A stretch of DNA of 63,688 bases from IMG/VR virus record IMGVR_UViG_3300036785_000484, positions 1 through 63,688 of that record. One strand, given 5' to 3'. The notes beneath the pieces are model-generated. The model did not search any database and was not told where the DNA came from. It saw only the letters and a program-made list of their open reading frames with translations. The stretch comes from a virus. Taxonomy: Duplodnaviria; Caudoviricetes. Positions 29,001 through 38,157 of the stretch are shown one piece after another. Position 1 is the stretch's first letter, and every line of letters starts with the position of its first letter. Made by a program: the position numbers and the translations under genes.

Positions 29001-30049
29001 ACTACGGCCGGGGGATCGCCGAGCTGATCCACGACGACCCGCGCTGGACGCACAACATCAACGACGGCCGGGATGTGGGGCCGATGGGCCAGTTCTACAC
29101 CACGGCCCAGGCCGGTTATCACGGCGACCATGTGCACATCGCCATCAAGCACGCGGGCTCGGGCACGGGCGGTCCTGACGATCTCGGCTCCCCGGGCGGG
29201 TCGGGCTTCCCCGGCGGCTTCTCCCCGATGGGGCTGGGCAGCCCCGGCGGCGGCGGTCTGTTCGGCGGCGGTGGAATTGGCGGGCCGACCCCGGCCCAGC
29301 AGCGGGAGCTGGCCCGGATCGATGAGCGGATCGCGAAGATCAAGGCCAAGCTGGACACCGCCGAAGCCGACTACAACAGATACGCCCAGATGGCCCCGGA
29401 GGAGCAGGCGCTCAATAGGAACGAAATGGAGAAGGCCAAGGACAAGCGGGACAAGCTGCAGGGTGAATACGACGACGCGCTGCAATCGCGCAACGACAAG
29501 CAGCTGTCGATCAACGAGCACCTCGCGAAGGAGGGAGGGAAGGAGAAGACGTTGTTCGGGAAGACCACCGACGAGAGCGCGGGAAGCCGGATCGGTGAGG
29601 GTCTAGTCAAAGGCGTGTTCCAGGAGCTGGGTTTCCCCGACGTTTTCGGGAAGCCGTTCACCGAGTGGGGCATCTGGAAACTCGCGATGGGCGGCCTCGG
29701 TTTCGGGGCCGGGCTGCTAGAGCAGGCGATGGGCGGCGGTCAGGGCGGCGGTCAGGGGGGAAAATCCGGTGGCGGCGGAGGTCTACTCGCCGGGGCCGGT
29801 GGCGGTCTGATCAAAGCGCTGACCGGGATGGACTCCAAAGGTATCGCCTCGGTAATGGCTCCGAGTCAGGCCCCGGAGAACGTGCCGCTCGGGGCGAACC
29901 CGGCGGCGTTCGGCGGGCTGTCCATCGTCAACAATAACAACGGGATCATGCACCCCAACGACGTTCAGTCCACGATCCAGCGCGGCATCGTGGACGGTTC
30001 CCGTCAGGTCGCGACGAGCGGCGGCGCTCCGGTGGTGCAGCCGCACTGA
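26012..30049 (+). CDS. tape measure protein with lytic transglycosylase-like and M15-like peptidase domains
   Basis: Long helical Ala/Gly-rich body; IISHESSW...RGLGQL...YIKGRYG; TSGYR...SYHGRGMAGD...HGDHVH. Confidence 0.92.
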   Translation: MTAALGEAAGGFDLTSLFVSVVPSFSGMADAMKEAGGAGAEGFQEGFKDSFHPFENASSVISESTNMFAKVGGEAAEAFAGAFSSLMKGQMPDLVSGFNVAEDAVKEFVGNTVGEIPLIGGIFEKTFGGIMDTIDAFKGPAGEFIDTLMQMGEGWQETARTIAGQTLDTGKIPELMDIVKQLGAEGVPNLEVVSKSIGQISTRLGELNPEQLKEFMKTYAGFSELLGTAPSAETLTGVMNAFKVPTEDANKALTELGNTAIAAGIPINELLMQMGRGDVGLAAFGFNIQQAGTMLASMNKEGIQGGRMLAAFQTAGAKFAKEGLTPKEGFKDLVDTIKNDIAKGTDAGGTEALLLLKKYFGAANAEKIFEGIKQHLIDLPDLIKPLEDLDQGPEKALSATETLEDKLKSLKAVLDSALEPLTKGMADKLTEVGTRVSTWIQTHQGEILGAVKTVLDQIVSWTSTSLDIMGHAVLGVAPYLNVIKSIMVDIGKIMVDMLETLTTVGAAVHLPGMADAKRSVDEMHGALDRLGNLDITKFSTQFGNDMLWARGQVNKAGEGLDGLLNPMIAAGNISDAFKMNITDAKTGVEGVKDMFEKTAEGGLKILGDDNQYEMITAKLRKLGIDVTTGPDGVVTKITAGNQLIGKQFGDWYKQATGKDLTVKVEVKPHEKQTLDDLMTGAGVPDANKGPEGVKLPFTLFMDPNQASGGLGTLVPGGLGSLEVGGGGSTGLPGSPGTGFQAGGEVKGAVQKAMIDSGFSAADWPAIDYIISHESSWDPTSQNNYDINAKQGNPSRGLGQLTLSNYRAAGVDPHTNDPYLQGMAMMSYIKGRYGSPSAAYAHWVANHNYAGGGPNMGKFSTMGQPVPGEWQPGRDTVHGVLEVGEYVVRRDKAQKHKKLLDAVNFGGMGFVTGGNVPFPNDGSPGSPDYGVSPEILQVEQIARNFNLPLTSGYRDPGGPAVAGVSAAKSYHGRGMAGDFSDGDKTENELRFAAYMYQNYGRGIAELIHDDPRWTHNINDGRDVGPMGQFYTTAQAGYHGDHVHIAIKHAGSGTGGPDDLGSPGGSGFPGGFSPMGLGSPGGGGLFGGGGIGGPTPAQQRELARIDERIAKIKAKLDTAEADYNRYAQMAPEEQALNRNEMEKAKDKRDKLQGEYDDALQSRNDKQLSINEHLAKEGGKEKTLFGKTTDESAGSRIGEGLVKGVFQELGFPDVFGKPFTEWGIWKLAMGGLGFGAGLLEQAMGGGQGGGQGGKSGGGGGLLAGAGGGLIKALTGMDSKGIASVMAPSQAPENVPLGANPAAFGGLSIVNNNNGIMHPNDVQSTIQRGIVDGSRQVATSGGAPVVQPH

Positions 30050-31188
30050 TGAGACTCTCACGCGGTGGTCCGCTAGTCCCCAGCCTGTACACCCTGACCG
30101 GTCCAGCGGCCACGTGGCCGGGTAACACGACCGTGTTCGACCCGCAGCCGTTCCTGGACCCGGCGATCCCGTTCGCCGCGCTGCCGCCCGCCCTGCGCGG
30201 CATGAACACGCACCTGGTCTACCTGTCCCCGACCAACGATGTCATCAACCTGGCCGGTCCGCACGCGGGCCGGGAAGGGGTCCGCGCCGCCACCCAGATG
30301 CAGGGCGATCAGCAGTGGCCGTTCGAGCAGGTCATCACCAACAGCCCGTATGTGATGGGCGGGGAGATTGAACGCACCAACATCCCGCAGCGGGAATACA
30401 ACCTGGGTATCATCATCGGCTCCCACGCCCCGCCGATGACCGAGTACCAGTACCGGATGGCCGAGGATCACTGGTGGGATACCCAGGACGAGAACAACGA
30501 CGGCTGGCTGTGCGGATACACCCGGTTCTCCGGGTGGCGGTTCGACCCGGTGCGCCCCTTCAAAACGGTGCAGTCCCCGCAGAAGATGGACTCCACCGCG
30601 TACGGGAACAATGTCAGCCAGTGGGACATCACCTGGGTCGCGGCCCGGCCGTACTTCACCAAACCGGCGCTCTGGCGGACGTTCCAGTCGGCGCTGGCGG
30701 GGCCACCGAAACCGCCGCCGGGCACCGCGCTGCAGGAGCTGATCGACCAGCTGACGCACGACGTGTACTACTGGGGCACCCTGCCGATCGCTAACCGGGG
30801 GAACCTGGCCTCGAATGTGACGTTCTACGTGTCCAGTCCCGGGCAGGCGATTGTGCAGGACAACGACTCGTCCCGGCTGGTGGCGCTGCCGTTCACGCAG
30901 CCCGACGTGGGCACCTACTTCGTGGACACGGAGAACGGTCACCGGACCCTGACCGCCGCCAACGACCCTCAGGACAACCTGCTGTTCGACCTGATCCGGC
31001 AGTCCCAGATCCTCGATTTCTTCCTCTCCGGCATCGCGAACGAGGGCCTGCCGCTGGCGCTCACATGGAACAACCGGTTCATCTATCAGATCCCGCCGCG
31101 CACCGTCGTGTCGTTCACGGTCGGGCACTCCGAGCCGGACGGGGTCATCGTCGCCAGCGTGTCTCAGCGGTTCAAACGGTCCCGGTGA
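30049..31188 (+). CDS. minor tail protein (distal tail-like)
   Basis: Directly follows the tape measure gene; NLAGPHAGREGV, NRGN. Confidence 0.8.
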   Translation: MRLSRGGPLVPSLYTLTGPAATWPGNTTVFDPQPFLDPAIPFAALPPALRGMNTHLVYLSPTNDVINLAGPHAGREGVRAATQMQGDQQWPFEQVITNSPYVMGGEIERTNIPQREYNLGIIIGSHAPPMTEYQYRMAEDHWWDTQDENNDGWLCGYTRFSGWRFDPVRPFKTVQSPQKMDSTAYGNNVSQWDITWVAARPYFTKPALWRTFQSALAGPPKPPPGTALQELIDQLTHDVYYWGTLPIANRGNLASNVTFYVSSPGQAIVQDNDSSRLVALPFTQPDVGTYFVDTENGHRTLTAANDPQDNLLFDLIRQSQILDFFLSGIANEGLPLALTWNNRFIYQIPPRTVVSFTVGHSEPDGVIVASVSQRFKRSR

Positions 31189-31203
31189 TGCGAGCATCGG
31201 ACC

Positions 31204-31422
31204 ATGAAACTGACCTGGGATGAACTCAAGGACGATCAGGGCACCTACTGGGCGTCGATGCCCTACGTGATCCGCACATTCGGGGTCACCGGCAGCGGCG
31301 AGCTGACCTACCGGCTGGAAGGCCCCGGCGTCGACTCCAAGAGCGACGATGTGTCGTCCCTGATGATCGAGGCGCAGCTCGACGCCGACCGGGCCGCGTT
31401 CCGAAAGGCGCTGGGAGTGTGA
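31204..31422 (+). CDS. hypothetical protein
   Basis: Leaderless after TGCGAGCAT. Confidence 0.65.
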   Translation: MKLTWDELKDDQGTYWASMPYVIRTFGVTGSGELTYRLEGPGVDSKSDDVSSLMIEAQLDADRAAFRKALGV

Positions 31423-31856
31423 CGATGGCCGACAAAAAGACGACCCCGGAGCCGGAAACCCCCGGCGACCCGAACATTCACCGGTTCGAGAACGGCTGGG
31501 TGCTGATCACCCACGGCGGCTGGCAGGTCAGCGTCGGCCCGGACGGGCTGATCATGCTGCCTCGTCACCTGCTCCCCGACGAGGTGGAGGACTTCTGCGC
31601 CGCCGCGACCGCCGCCGCCGAGATCGGGCGCGCGATCCGGGCGGCGAACCGGGCCAACGAAACCCCGCTAGGCCAGCTACCCAGCAGCAAAGCGATGGTG
31701 GTGGAGGGCCCACCACCACCCGGCTACGTCCCGATGCCGGTCCGGGAAGGACCGAACTCGCCGCCGCGTCAGACCTCGACGATCGGACGCCGGTCGCGTA
31801 ACCCGCGCGCTCCCCAGGCCGCGATGCCAGGCCAGTCTCAGCAGCGCCGGAGGTAA
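31419..31856 (+). CDS. hypothetical protein
   Basis: GTGA coupling. Confidence 0.65.
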   Translation: MTMADKKTTPEPETPGDPNIHRFENGWVLITHGGWQVSVGPDGLIMLPRHLLPDEVEDFCAAATAAAEIGRAIRAANRANETPLGQLPSSKAMVVEGPPPPGYVPMPVREGPNSPPRQTSTIGRRSRNPRAPQAAMPGQSQQRRR

Positions 31857-31862
31857 CCCGTC

Positions 31863-33809
31863 GTGAGCCAGTTCCTCACGAATATCTTCGGGCTGCCCAC
31901 ACAGTCCAACATCGGCCTGAGGTTCACCCAGTGGCTCGATGACTTCCTGCCCACGCCGGGGGCCACCGGAGTCCCCGACCTGATGACCCAGCCGCTGCAA
32001 TGCATGACGTACCTCAACGGGGTCCGGGACCTGATGGCGCAGTCGGGGAAGCAGAAACCGCTGATCCGGCTCGGCGACTCCAACTTGGAGGTCATGCAGG
32101 AACTGGACGGTGAACTGTCCTGCTCGATGGAGGAGCTGATCGCCGACACCGGCAAGGTTGTGCTCACCATCCATAAAGACAACTGGCTGGTCGACTACAT
32201 GACCAAGCAGACGATGGGTGTCACCGACCTGCACCTGATCATCGACCCGATCCCGACCAAGCAGAACTGGCGCTACCGGTGGGGCGGGAAGATCACCGCG
32301 ATCCACGTCCGGAAGACCGAGAAGGGCGAGGCGGAGATCGAGCTGACCGCGCTCAGCTTCTACGAGCACTCGAAAAGGCTGCTGGTGGCGGCGAATCCGC
32401 TCTTCCCGCCGGAGATCCAGCTGCCCCGCATGTGGGTGCTGCCCGGGCCGGTGCGGTCCATCATCGCGGCGACGATGTTCGTCAACCTGGCCCGAATCTT
32501 CATGCCCGGCTGGTCCACGATCACCAACATCGCGAACCCGGCGGCCTGGATCAACCCGCTCAACCCGGACGCCGTGCTCAACGTCCTCCCGACCGAATGG
32601 CCGATCCAGGTCGCGTTCGTGGACCCCGTGCTCGACCAGTCCCGGTGGAGCAGCATCGGTTCCACCTGGAACAACTGGCACGACGCGTTCAAGGATCTGC
32701 TGCTCGACGCGGGCTGCATGATGCGCTGGTACACCTACCTGAAGACCGACGAGGACTCCCCGAACATTGAGCTGGCCAAGCTGCTCAACCTGGCCCCCGA
32801 CCTGCTCTCCGAGATCCTCGGGGTGGACCTCTCCCAGGTGGATCAGACCATCGAGAAACTGACTGCGCCGCAACGGAACTGCGCCATCGTCAGCCTGATC
32901 GACATCTCCGGGGTGACCGGCCCGACCGGGACCGCCGCCGACGGGCTGCTCTCGACGGTGGCGGTCACGCTGGACGACCTGATCACCCCCATCGCGATCA
33001 ACCTCGGCACCGGGGAAACCTACGACCCCGGCCAGATACTCAACGGGGAGCCGGTGCAGGAGGCCACCGGGATCGACCAGACCCTGCTGATCGAGCAGCT
33101 GTTCGACGTGGCCCCGGTCCCGCCGAAAGTGATCTGGTGGGACGGCTACTTCAACGGCATGATCTCCACCGACCTGACCTGGAACAAGGGCACGGTCAAG
33201 ACGATCATGACCGGCTCAAAATCGCCGACCCTCGTCAACGAAGCCCAAACCTTCGCCATCCGCTACGGCCTCTCCCAACTGCAAACCGTCATCACCGCAG
33301 GCCTATTCGCCAACGAAGGACCCGCCCCCGTCGGCGCGGGCCTGGACAACCTGTACCAGGGCCAGCTGGATAACACCCTGCTGGCGTGGGAGCGGTTCAC
33401 CGACCCGATCCGCGCCCTCTACGCCGGGGACCTGGCCTGGCAGGAGCACTTCGAGAAGGGCTCCGGCACCGCCTACACCCTGGCTAGCATCCTGACCCTG
33501 CGGTCCGGTAACTGGAAGACGAGAGACTGGGCCGCGTTCAAAGCGGTCCCACTGGACGGGCACCCGTGGATCGCGCTACTCGACTACGCGCTCGGGGACC
33601 GGATCGGGTTCGAGTCCGACGGGATCATCTACGTCGACAACGTGACCGGGCTGAAGCGTGAATGGGACTGGTCGAAGCCGGTGAAGGTCACCGTCCAAAT
33701 CGGGCAGGACAAAAACAAGGCTGATCCTCTAAACGCTGCTTTCAAGACCTTGGCTGCTGTGTACTCATTTGTCGGAGAGTTGGCAGGTGAGGGCACGTTG
33801 TTCGGCTAG
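31863..33809 (+). CDS. minor tail protein (baseplate hub-like)
   Basis: KPLIRLGD, RWGGKI, NPLFPPEIQLP, GSKSP, AYTL, DYALGDRIGF; RBS GGAGG. Confidence 0.88.
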   Translation: MSQFLTNIFGLPTQSNIGLRFTQWLDDFLPTPGATGVPDLMTQPLQCMTYLNGVRDLMAQSGKQKPLIRLGDSNLEVMQELDGELSCSMEELIADTGKVVLTIHKDNWLVDYMTKQTMGVTDLHLIIDPIPTKQNWRYRWGGKITAIHVRKTEKGEAEIELTALSFYEHSKRLLVAANPLFPPEIQLPRMWVLPGPVRSIIAATMFVNLARIFMPGWSTITNIANPAAWINPLNPDAVLNVLPTEWPIQVAFVDPVLDQSRWSSIGSTWNNWHDAFKDLLLDAGCMMRWYTYLKTDEDSPNIELAKLLNLAPDLLSEILGVDLSQVDQTIEKLTAPQRNCAIVSLIDISGVTGPTGTAADGLLSTVAVTLDDLITPIAINLGTGETYDPGQILNGEPVQEATGIDQTLLIEQLFDVAPVPPKVIWWDGYFNGMISTDLTWNKGTVKTIMTGSKSPTLVNEAQTFAIRYGLSQLQTVITAGLFANEGPAPVGAGLDNLYQGQLDNTLLAWERFTDPIRALYAGDLAWQEHFEKGSGTAYTLASILTLRSGNWKTRDWAAFKAVPLDGHPWIALLDYALGDRIGFESDGIIYVDNVTGLKREWDWSKPVKVTVQIGQDKNKADPLNAAFKTLAAVYSFVGELAGEGTLFG

Positions 33810-33831
33810 TACAGTAGTATGATAGTACCCC

Positions 33832-34455
33832 GTGGAGCGGTGGAGACCAATCACTCGGGGTGGTGGAAAATTCATCGGTCGGTATGAGGTCAGCGATCAC
33901 GGTCGGGTTAAGAGCGTCGAACGAAGCGCCCAGGTCGGCGGTGGAGGCACCCGCCGGGTCCGTGAGCGGATCTTGAAGCAGAACCCGAACGGTAAGCCGG
34001 GTCGTGAGTACCTGTACGTCGGGCTGCATGTACCCGGTCATCCGCCGATGAGATGCGCCGTTCATGTGCTCGTGCTGGAGGAGTTCGTTGGCCTGTGCCC
34101 TCCGGGGATGGAGAGCTGCCACGGCGACGGCGACACTCAGAACAACTGGCTGACGAATCTGCGCTGGGACACGCCCACGAACAACAACGCCGACAAGATC
34201 AAGCACGGTCGGCACCGGGGCCGGAAGCCGGGCGGCCCGATCTGCGATAAGGGCCATCTCCGGGAATGTGTCGGGGTCAATGATCTCGGTGAGGCGCTGT
34301 GGTTCTGCCGGGAATGTAAGCGAGAGCGCGATAATGAAGCCCGCCGGGATCGGGTTCCCACAGATCAGCAGCGCCAGCGGACGCTCGACTACCAGCGGGA
34401 GTATCAGCGGGAGTATTACCACCGGGTAGTCAAACCGAGGAGAGCGAAGCGGTGA
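33832..34455 (+). CDS. NUMOD4-HNH homing endonuclease
   Basis: ERWRPI..YEVSDHGRVKS; VHVLVLEEFVG..CHGDGDTQNNWLTNLRW. Confidence 0.92.
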   Translation: MERWRPITRGGGKFIGRYEVSDHGRVKSVERSAQVGGGGTRRVRERILKQNPNGKPGREYLYVGLHVPGHPPMRCAVHVLVLEEFVGLCPPGMESCHGDGDTQNNWLTNLRWDTPTNNNADKIKHGRHRGRKPGGPICDKGHLRECVGVNDLGEALWFCRECKRERDNEARRDRVPTDQQRQRTLDYQREYQREYYHRVVKPRRAKR

Positions 34456-35132
34456 GCAACAAGTCCAAGCGGAACGGTCGTTCGAGGGTCTCCGAGGGTC
34501 AGCCCCGCTCCCCGGGTCACCGGAGCGACACGTCGTCCCGGTATTCGTTCGGTGGGGCGGACCCGTACAGCCGGAAGCCGCCGACGCTTCAGTTCGGGGA
34601 TCGGGGCGAGCTGACCCCGCGCACCATCGAACAGGCCAACCTGAGCCCGGAGGAGAAGCGGCTGGCCCGCGAGATGCTGCTGGTTCAGGCCGCGTACCTG
34701 GAGATCTACGACTGCCTGGACTACCCCACCGACCCGGACGGGCACACCGTGGACCTGTCCGCTATCCACATGACCCAGCCGAAGATCGCCATCGCCTGGA
34801 CGCTGGCCCTGAACGGTTTCCGGCGCACCGAGCATCAGTACATCAAGAAGCGGCATTATTCCGCGCCCGGTGTGGTCGAGGGCGCGTACACCTGGGTCGA
34901 CACTCGGAGCGGGGAGACCGCCGCCGAGGAACTGAGGCCCGATCACCGGCCCGATGATCCCCATCTGCCCCCGGACACCCGGAGGCTGGCCGCTCAGCGT
35001 GACGGGGCTCCCGGCCAGCAGCCGCCCGACCTGTGGAGTGTGACCGTGGTGCCGACGTTTGAAGGCTTTGACGACGACGACCGGCGCGCATCCCCGGCTG
35101 TCGAGGGTCCATCGGGCACCATAACGCCATGA
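34452..35132 (+). CDS. DUF2744-like minor tail-region protein
   Basis: Position after the hub gene; LALNGFRR...IKKR...GAYTWV. Confidence 0.6.
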   Translation: MSNKSKRNGRSRVSEGQPRSPGHRSDTSSRYSFGGADPYSRKPPTLQFGDRGELTPRTIEQANLSPEEKRLAREMLLVQAAYLEIYDCLDYPTDPDGHTVDLSAIHMTQPKIAIAWTLALNGFRRTEHQYIKKRHYSAPGVVEGAYTWVDTRSGETAAEELRPDHRPDDPHLPPDTRRLAAQRDGAPGQQPPDLWSVTVVPTFEGFDDDDRRASPAVEGPSGTITP

Positions 35133-37003
35133 CCGTGACCATTCCGCTCGGTGATCCGGTGACCACCGCCGCTCAAGCGCTGCCGGTCGGCTCCCTGGTG
35201 TACTTGGCGTCGTACCTGATCCGGATGAAGCTGAACGCGGAGACCACCGGACCGGACACACCGAACCTGTACTCCGCTGACCTGGAAATCCAGGGCGACC
35301 AGGGCGCGATGAATGTCGATCCGCTGGTCGGGCCGCAAGGCTACCTGGGTCACCACTCGTTCCCGCTGCGCCGCCAGGAGACCGCACCCGACGGGTCGAT
35401 AGTTTCCACCTCGGACGACCTGGCCGCGTTCGAGGACACACTCACCGATACCCCGGCGGACATCGGCAAGTACTGGAACCTGAGCCTGGTCGATGAGTGG
35501 GGCAACATCATCGGCCTGGAGTCTCACATCTGGTGGGGCACGGCCTGGCGGATTCTGATGATCGGGAGTTTCGGTCAGCCCGGCCCGGTGCCGAACATTG
35601 AGCCGTCGATCGATGTCATCGAACCTCAGCTCCTTCCGACCTACCCGGATATCACGTCCTCGATTGACACCTACGGCACCACAACCGACCCGTCCTGGGT
35701 GTTCAACCTGGCGCTGCCCGCCGGGGTGGCCGGGCCGGTGACCGAGCTGTACGAGTTCCCCGACGTGGACACCGCCGGGTGGCCGCCGCCGTCGGGGTCG
35801 CTGATGACCGCCACCGACGAGTTCACCAGCGGCGGGTTTCGGATCTGGCGTGCGATGGTGGTGGACCAGTGGCTGCCCGGGGCCTGGTCGATGCCGGAGA
35901 ACTCGTTCGTCACGTACACCGGGGTGGCCCAGCAGGCGGGGATCGGCAGCTTCGTGATCCCGCCGCAGCCGTGGCCGTGGACCGTGATCGTGTGGGGTCA
36001 TCTGGGCTCAACCGGCTCCGGGGTGACCCTGAGCGCGAAGCCGCTGATGATCGGCTGCCAGGTGCTGCTCGGCGACCCGGTCAGCGGCACCCTGATCGGG
36101 CGCGGGCTGGGTAACGTGCTGTCCAAGGTCGCGATCATGCCGCACTATTCGAACTCCGAGGTGAAGGGTGCCGACAAGGACTCGATGACCCCCACCAACC
36201 GGCGGGCGCTGGTCCCGGCCAACCACACCAACCCGGCTCAGGGCACGGTTTACATCAACCTGTGGAACGACGGCGCGCTGGGCGTGTACAACTTCCACCC
36301 GAAGGACGCCCAGCTGTTCCTGATGGTGCTGCCCGCGCTCAACGAGCCCCCGCCGCCGCCGCCGACGACGATCCCCATCACGGTGGTGCACGGCCAGCAC
36401 TGCGACCACCTGTGGGGAAGTTTCCCGCACTCGGTGGCGTCCGGGAACGCCGTCGTGATGATGGTCTCCGGGTTCTCCACGGGCGGGACGGTCACGGTGC
36501 ACCCGCCGACCATCAACTGGCTGTCGCCGGTCACCCCGGCCGGGGCCTTCCCGGTCTGGGCCGGGTCGGGGGGAAGCAACTGTCTGCTCAGCTCGGCCGG
36601 GGGCTGGTTCATCTCGATCTGGGTGCTCCCGGACTGCCCGGCGGCGAACGGGCTTAGGGTGTCGGTCGACGGCGCGGGCGGCTACGGCTGGGACGCCATC
36701 GAGGTCAGCGGCCTGGGTACTTCCCCCACGGTGAACGCCCAGAATCACGGCACGGCCGCCAGCAGCGACAAGTACACGTCGGGTGTGATCACCCCCACCG
36801 CGCTCAACGCGCTGATCCTCGGCAACTGCGACTCCGGTGATGGGATCGCGACGACACCCGGGTCGCCGTGGACGACGTACGGGACGCTCACCCGGGCCTG
36901 CGGCTGGCGCATCCATGACGGGGCGACCCCCAGCTACGACTGGTCGGGGAAGCTGACCGTCAACGGATCGTGGGTCTCCGGTGTCGTCGCCCTTACCCCG
37001 TAA
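35129..37003 (+). CDS. minor tail protein (paralogue A, with extra C-terminal beta domain)
   Basis: N-terminal ~400 aa align with 37022..38146; PPPPP linker, then a Ser/Gly/Thr-rich domain. Confidence 0.82.
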   Translation: MTVTIPLGDPVTTAAQALPVGSLVYLASYLIRMKLNAETTGPDTPNLYSADLEIQGDQGAMNVDPLVGPQGYLGHHSFPLRRQETAPDGSIVSTSDDLAAFEDTLTDTPADIGKYWNLSLVDEWGNIIGLESHIWWGTAWRILMIGSFGQPGPVPNIEPSIDVIEPQLLPTYPDITSSIDTYGTTTDPSWVFNLALPAGVAGPVTELYEFPDVDTAGWPPPSGSLMTATDEFTSGGFRIWRAMVVDQWLPGAWSMPENSFVTYTGVAQQAGIGSFVIPPQPWPWTVIVWGHLGSTGSGVTLSAKPLMIGCQVLLGDPVSGTLIGRGLGNVLSKVAIMPHYSNSEVKGADKDSMTPTNRRALVPANHTNPAQGTVYINLWNDGALGVYNFHPKDAQLFLMVLPALNEPPPPPPTTIPITVVHGQHCDHLWGSFPHSVASGNAVVMMVSGFSTGGTVTVHPPTINWLSPVTPAGAFPVWAGSGGSNCLLSSAGGWFISIWVLPDCPAANGLRVSVDGAGGYGWDAIEVSGLGTSPTVNAQNHGTAASSDKYTSGVITPTALNALILGNCDSGDGIATTPGSPWTTYGTLTRACGWRIHDGATPSYDWSGKLTVNGSWVSGVVALTP

Positions 37004-37021
37004 CCCCGATGGAGGCCGAGG

Positions 37022-38146
37022 ATGACCACCGCCCAAAGTGATCTGACGTTCCTGGCGAACTACCTGATCAACGCCCGGGTCTACGGCGTCGTCGTGCCGC
37101 CTGACGCTATCGGGAGCGAATTCTTCGCCACCTTCGAGGTGCAGGGCGACCAGGGCACGCTGACGATGGCGGCGATCATCGGCCCGCGCGGGCCTGCCGG
37201 TCAGGACGCGTTCCTGCTGTTGCTGCAGAACGATGCGCTCGATGACCCCGCCAACCTGCCGATCACGTTGCAGAACACCAAGGCCGATATCGGTAAGACG
37301 TGGCTGTTCGATGACATTGACGGGGTCGGGAACATCATCGGCTCCTCCGCGTACATCTGGTACGGGACCGCGTACCGGCGGATGATGCTCGGCACCCCCG
37401 GACCGCCCGGGCCGTACCCGATCATCACCCCGGATGTGGAGCTGGTCCCCCCGGCTCAGGGCTCCACGATCTCCGTGGACTACACGAACCCGGCGAAGCC
37501 GTTCTGGCACCTCCAACTCGGCGTTCCGCAAGGCCCTCAGGGACCGGCCCCCGCGATGGGGCTGTGCCCCGATGTGGATCTCGTGACCAACCCGCCGCAG
37601 CCGCTGTCCCTGCTCGGCTTCACCGGCCGGATGACCACCGACCCGACCCCGAGACCTATCTGGGTGCCGGTCTCCGTCAGCCAGCTCATCCCGAGCCCGT
37701 TCTCGATGCCCGAGAGCGCGTTCACCTCGTTCTCCGGGCTGTCCCAGCGGGCCGCTATCGGATCGTTCGTGATCCCGCCTCAGCCGTTCCCCTGGACCCC
37801 GATCTGCTGGGGCCATCTCGGCGCGTTCGGGCTGGAACTTTCCGCCGACCCGCTGACTATCGGCGGGGAGATCCGGCTCGGCGACCCGACCACCGGCCAG
37901 TTAGTCTCCCGGGGCTTCGGGAACACGCTCGGTGAAGTGAACTTCATGCCGCACTACTCCAACCCGAGCAACACAGGTGCCGCGATCACCCCCACCAACG
38001 GGGTCGCGACGGTCCCGGCGAACCATTCCAGCCCGGCTCAGGGCACGCTCTACGTGAACCTGTACAACGACGGCGCCGCCGGGGTGTACCAGTTCCACCC
38101 GACCGACGCGCAGGTGATGGTGCTGATCCTGCCAGTGACCGAGTAG
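37022..38146 (+). CDS. minor tail protein (paralogue B)
   Basis: Short collagen-like GPxG motifs; SMPESAF, IGSFVIPPQP; RBS GGAGG. Confidence 0.82.
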   Translation: MTTAQSDLTFLANYLINARVYGVVVPPDAIGSEFFATFEVQGDQGTLTMAAIIGPRGPAGQDAFLLLLQNDALDDPANLPITLQNTKADIGKTWLFDDIDGVGNIIGSSAYIWYGTAYRRMMLGTPGPPGPYPIITPDVELVPPAQGSTISVDYTNPAKPFWHLQLGVPQGPQGPAPAMGLCPDVDLVTNPPQPLSLLGFTGRMTTDPTPRPIWVPVSVSQLIPSPFSMPESAFTSFSGLSQRAAIGSFVIPPQPFPWTPICWGHLGAFGLELSADPLTIGGEIRLGDPTTGQLVSRGFGNTLGEVNFMPHYSNPSNTGAAITPTNGVATVPANHSSPAQGTLYVNLYNDGAAGVYQFHPTDAQVMVLILPVTE

Positions 38147-38157
38147 AGGGGCCTCTG

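Noticed and set aside
9684-37816. Long antisense ORFs (e.g. 9684..11366, 12032..13420, 27539..29521, 36008..37816)
   Set aside because: Shadow frames of high-GC genes, with no motifs or start signals
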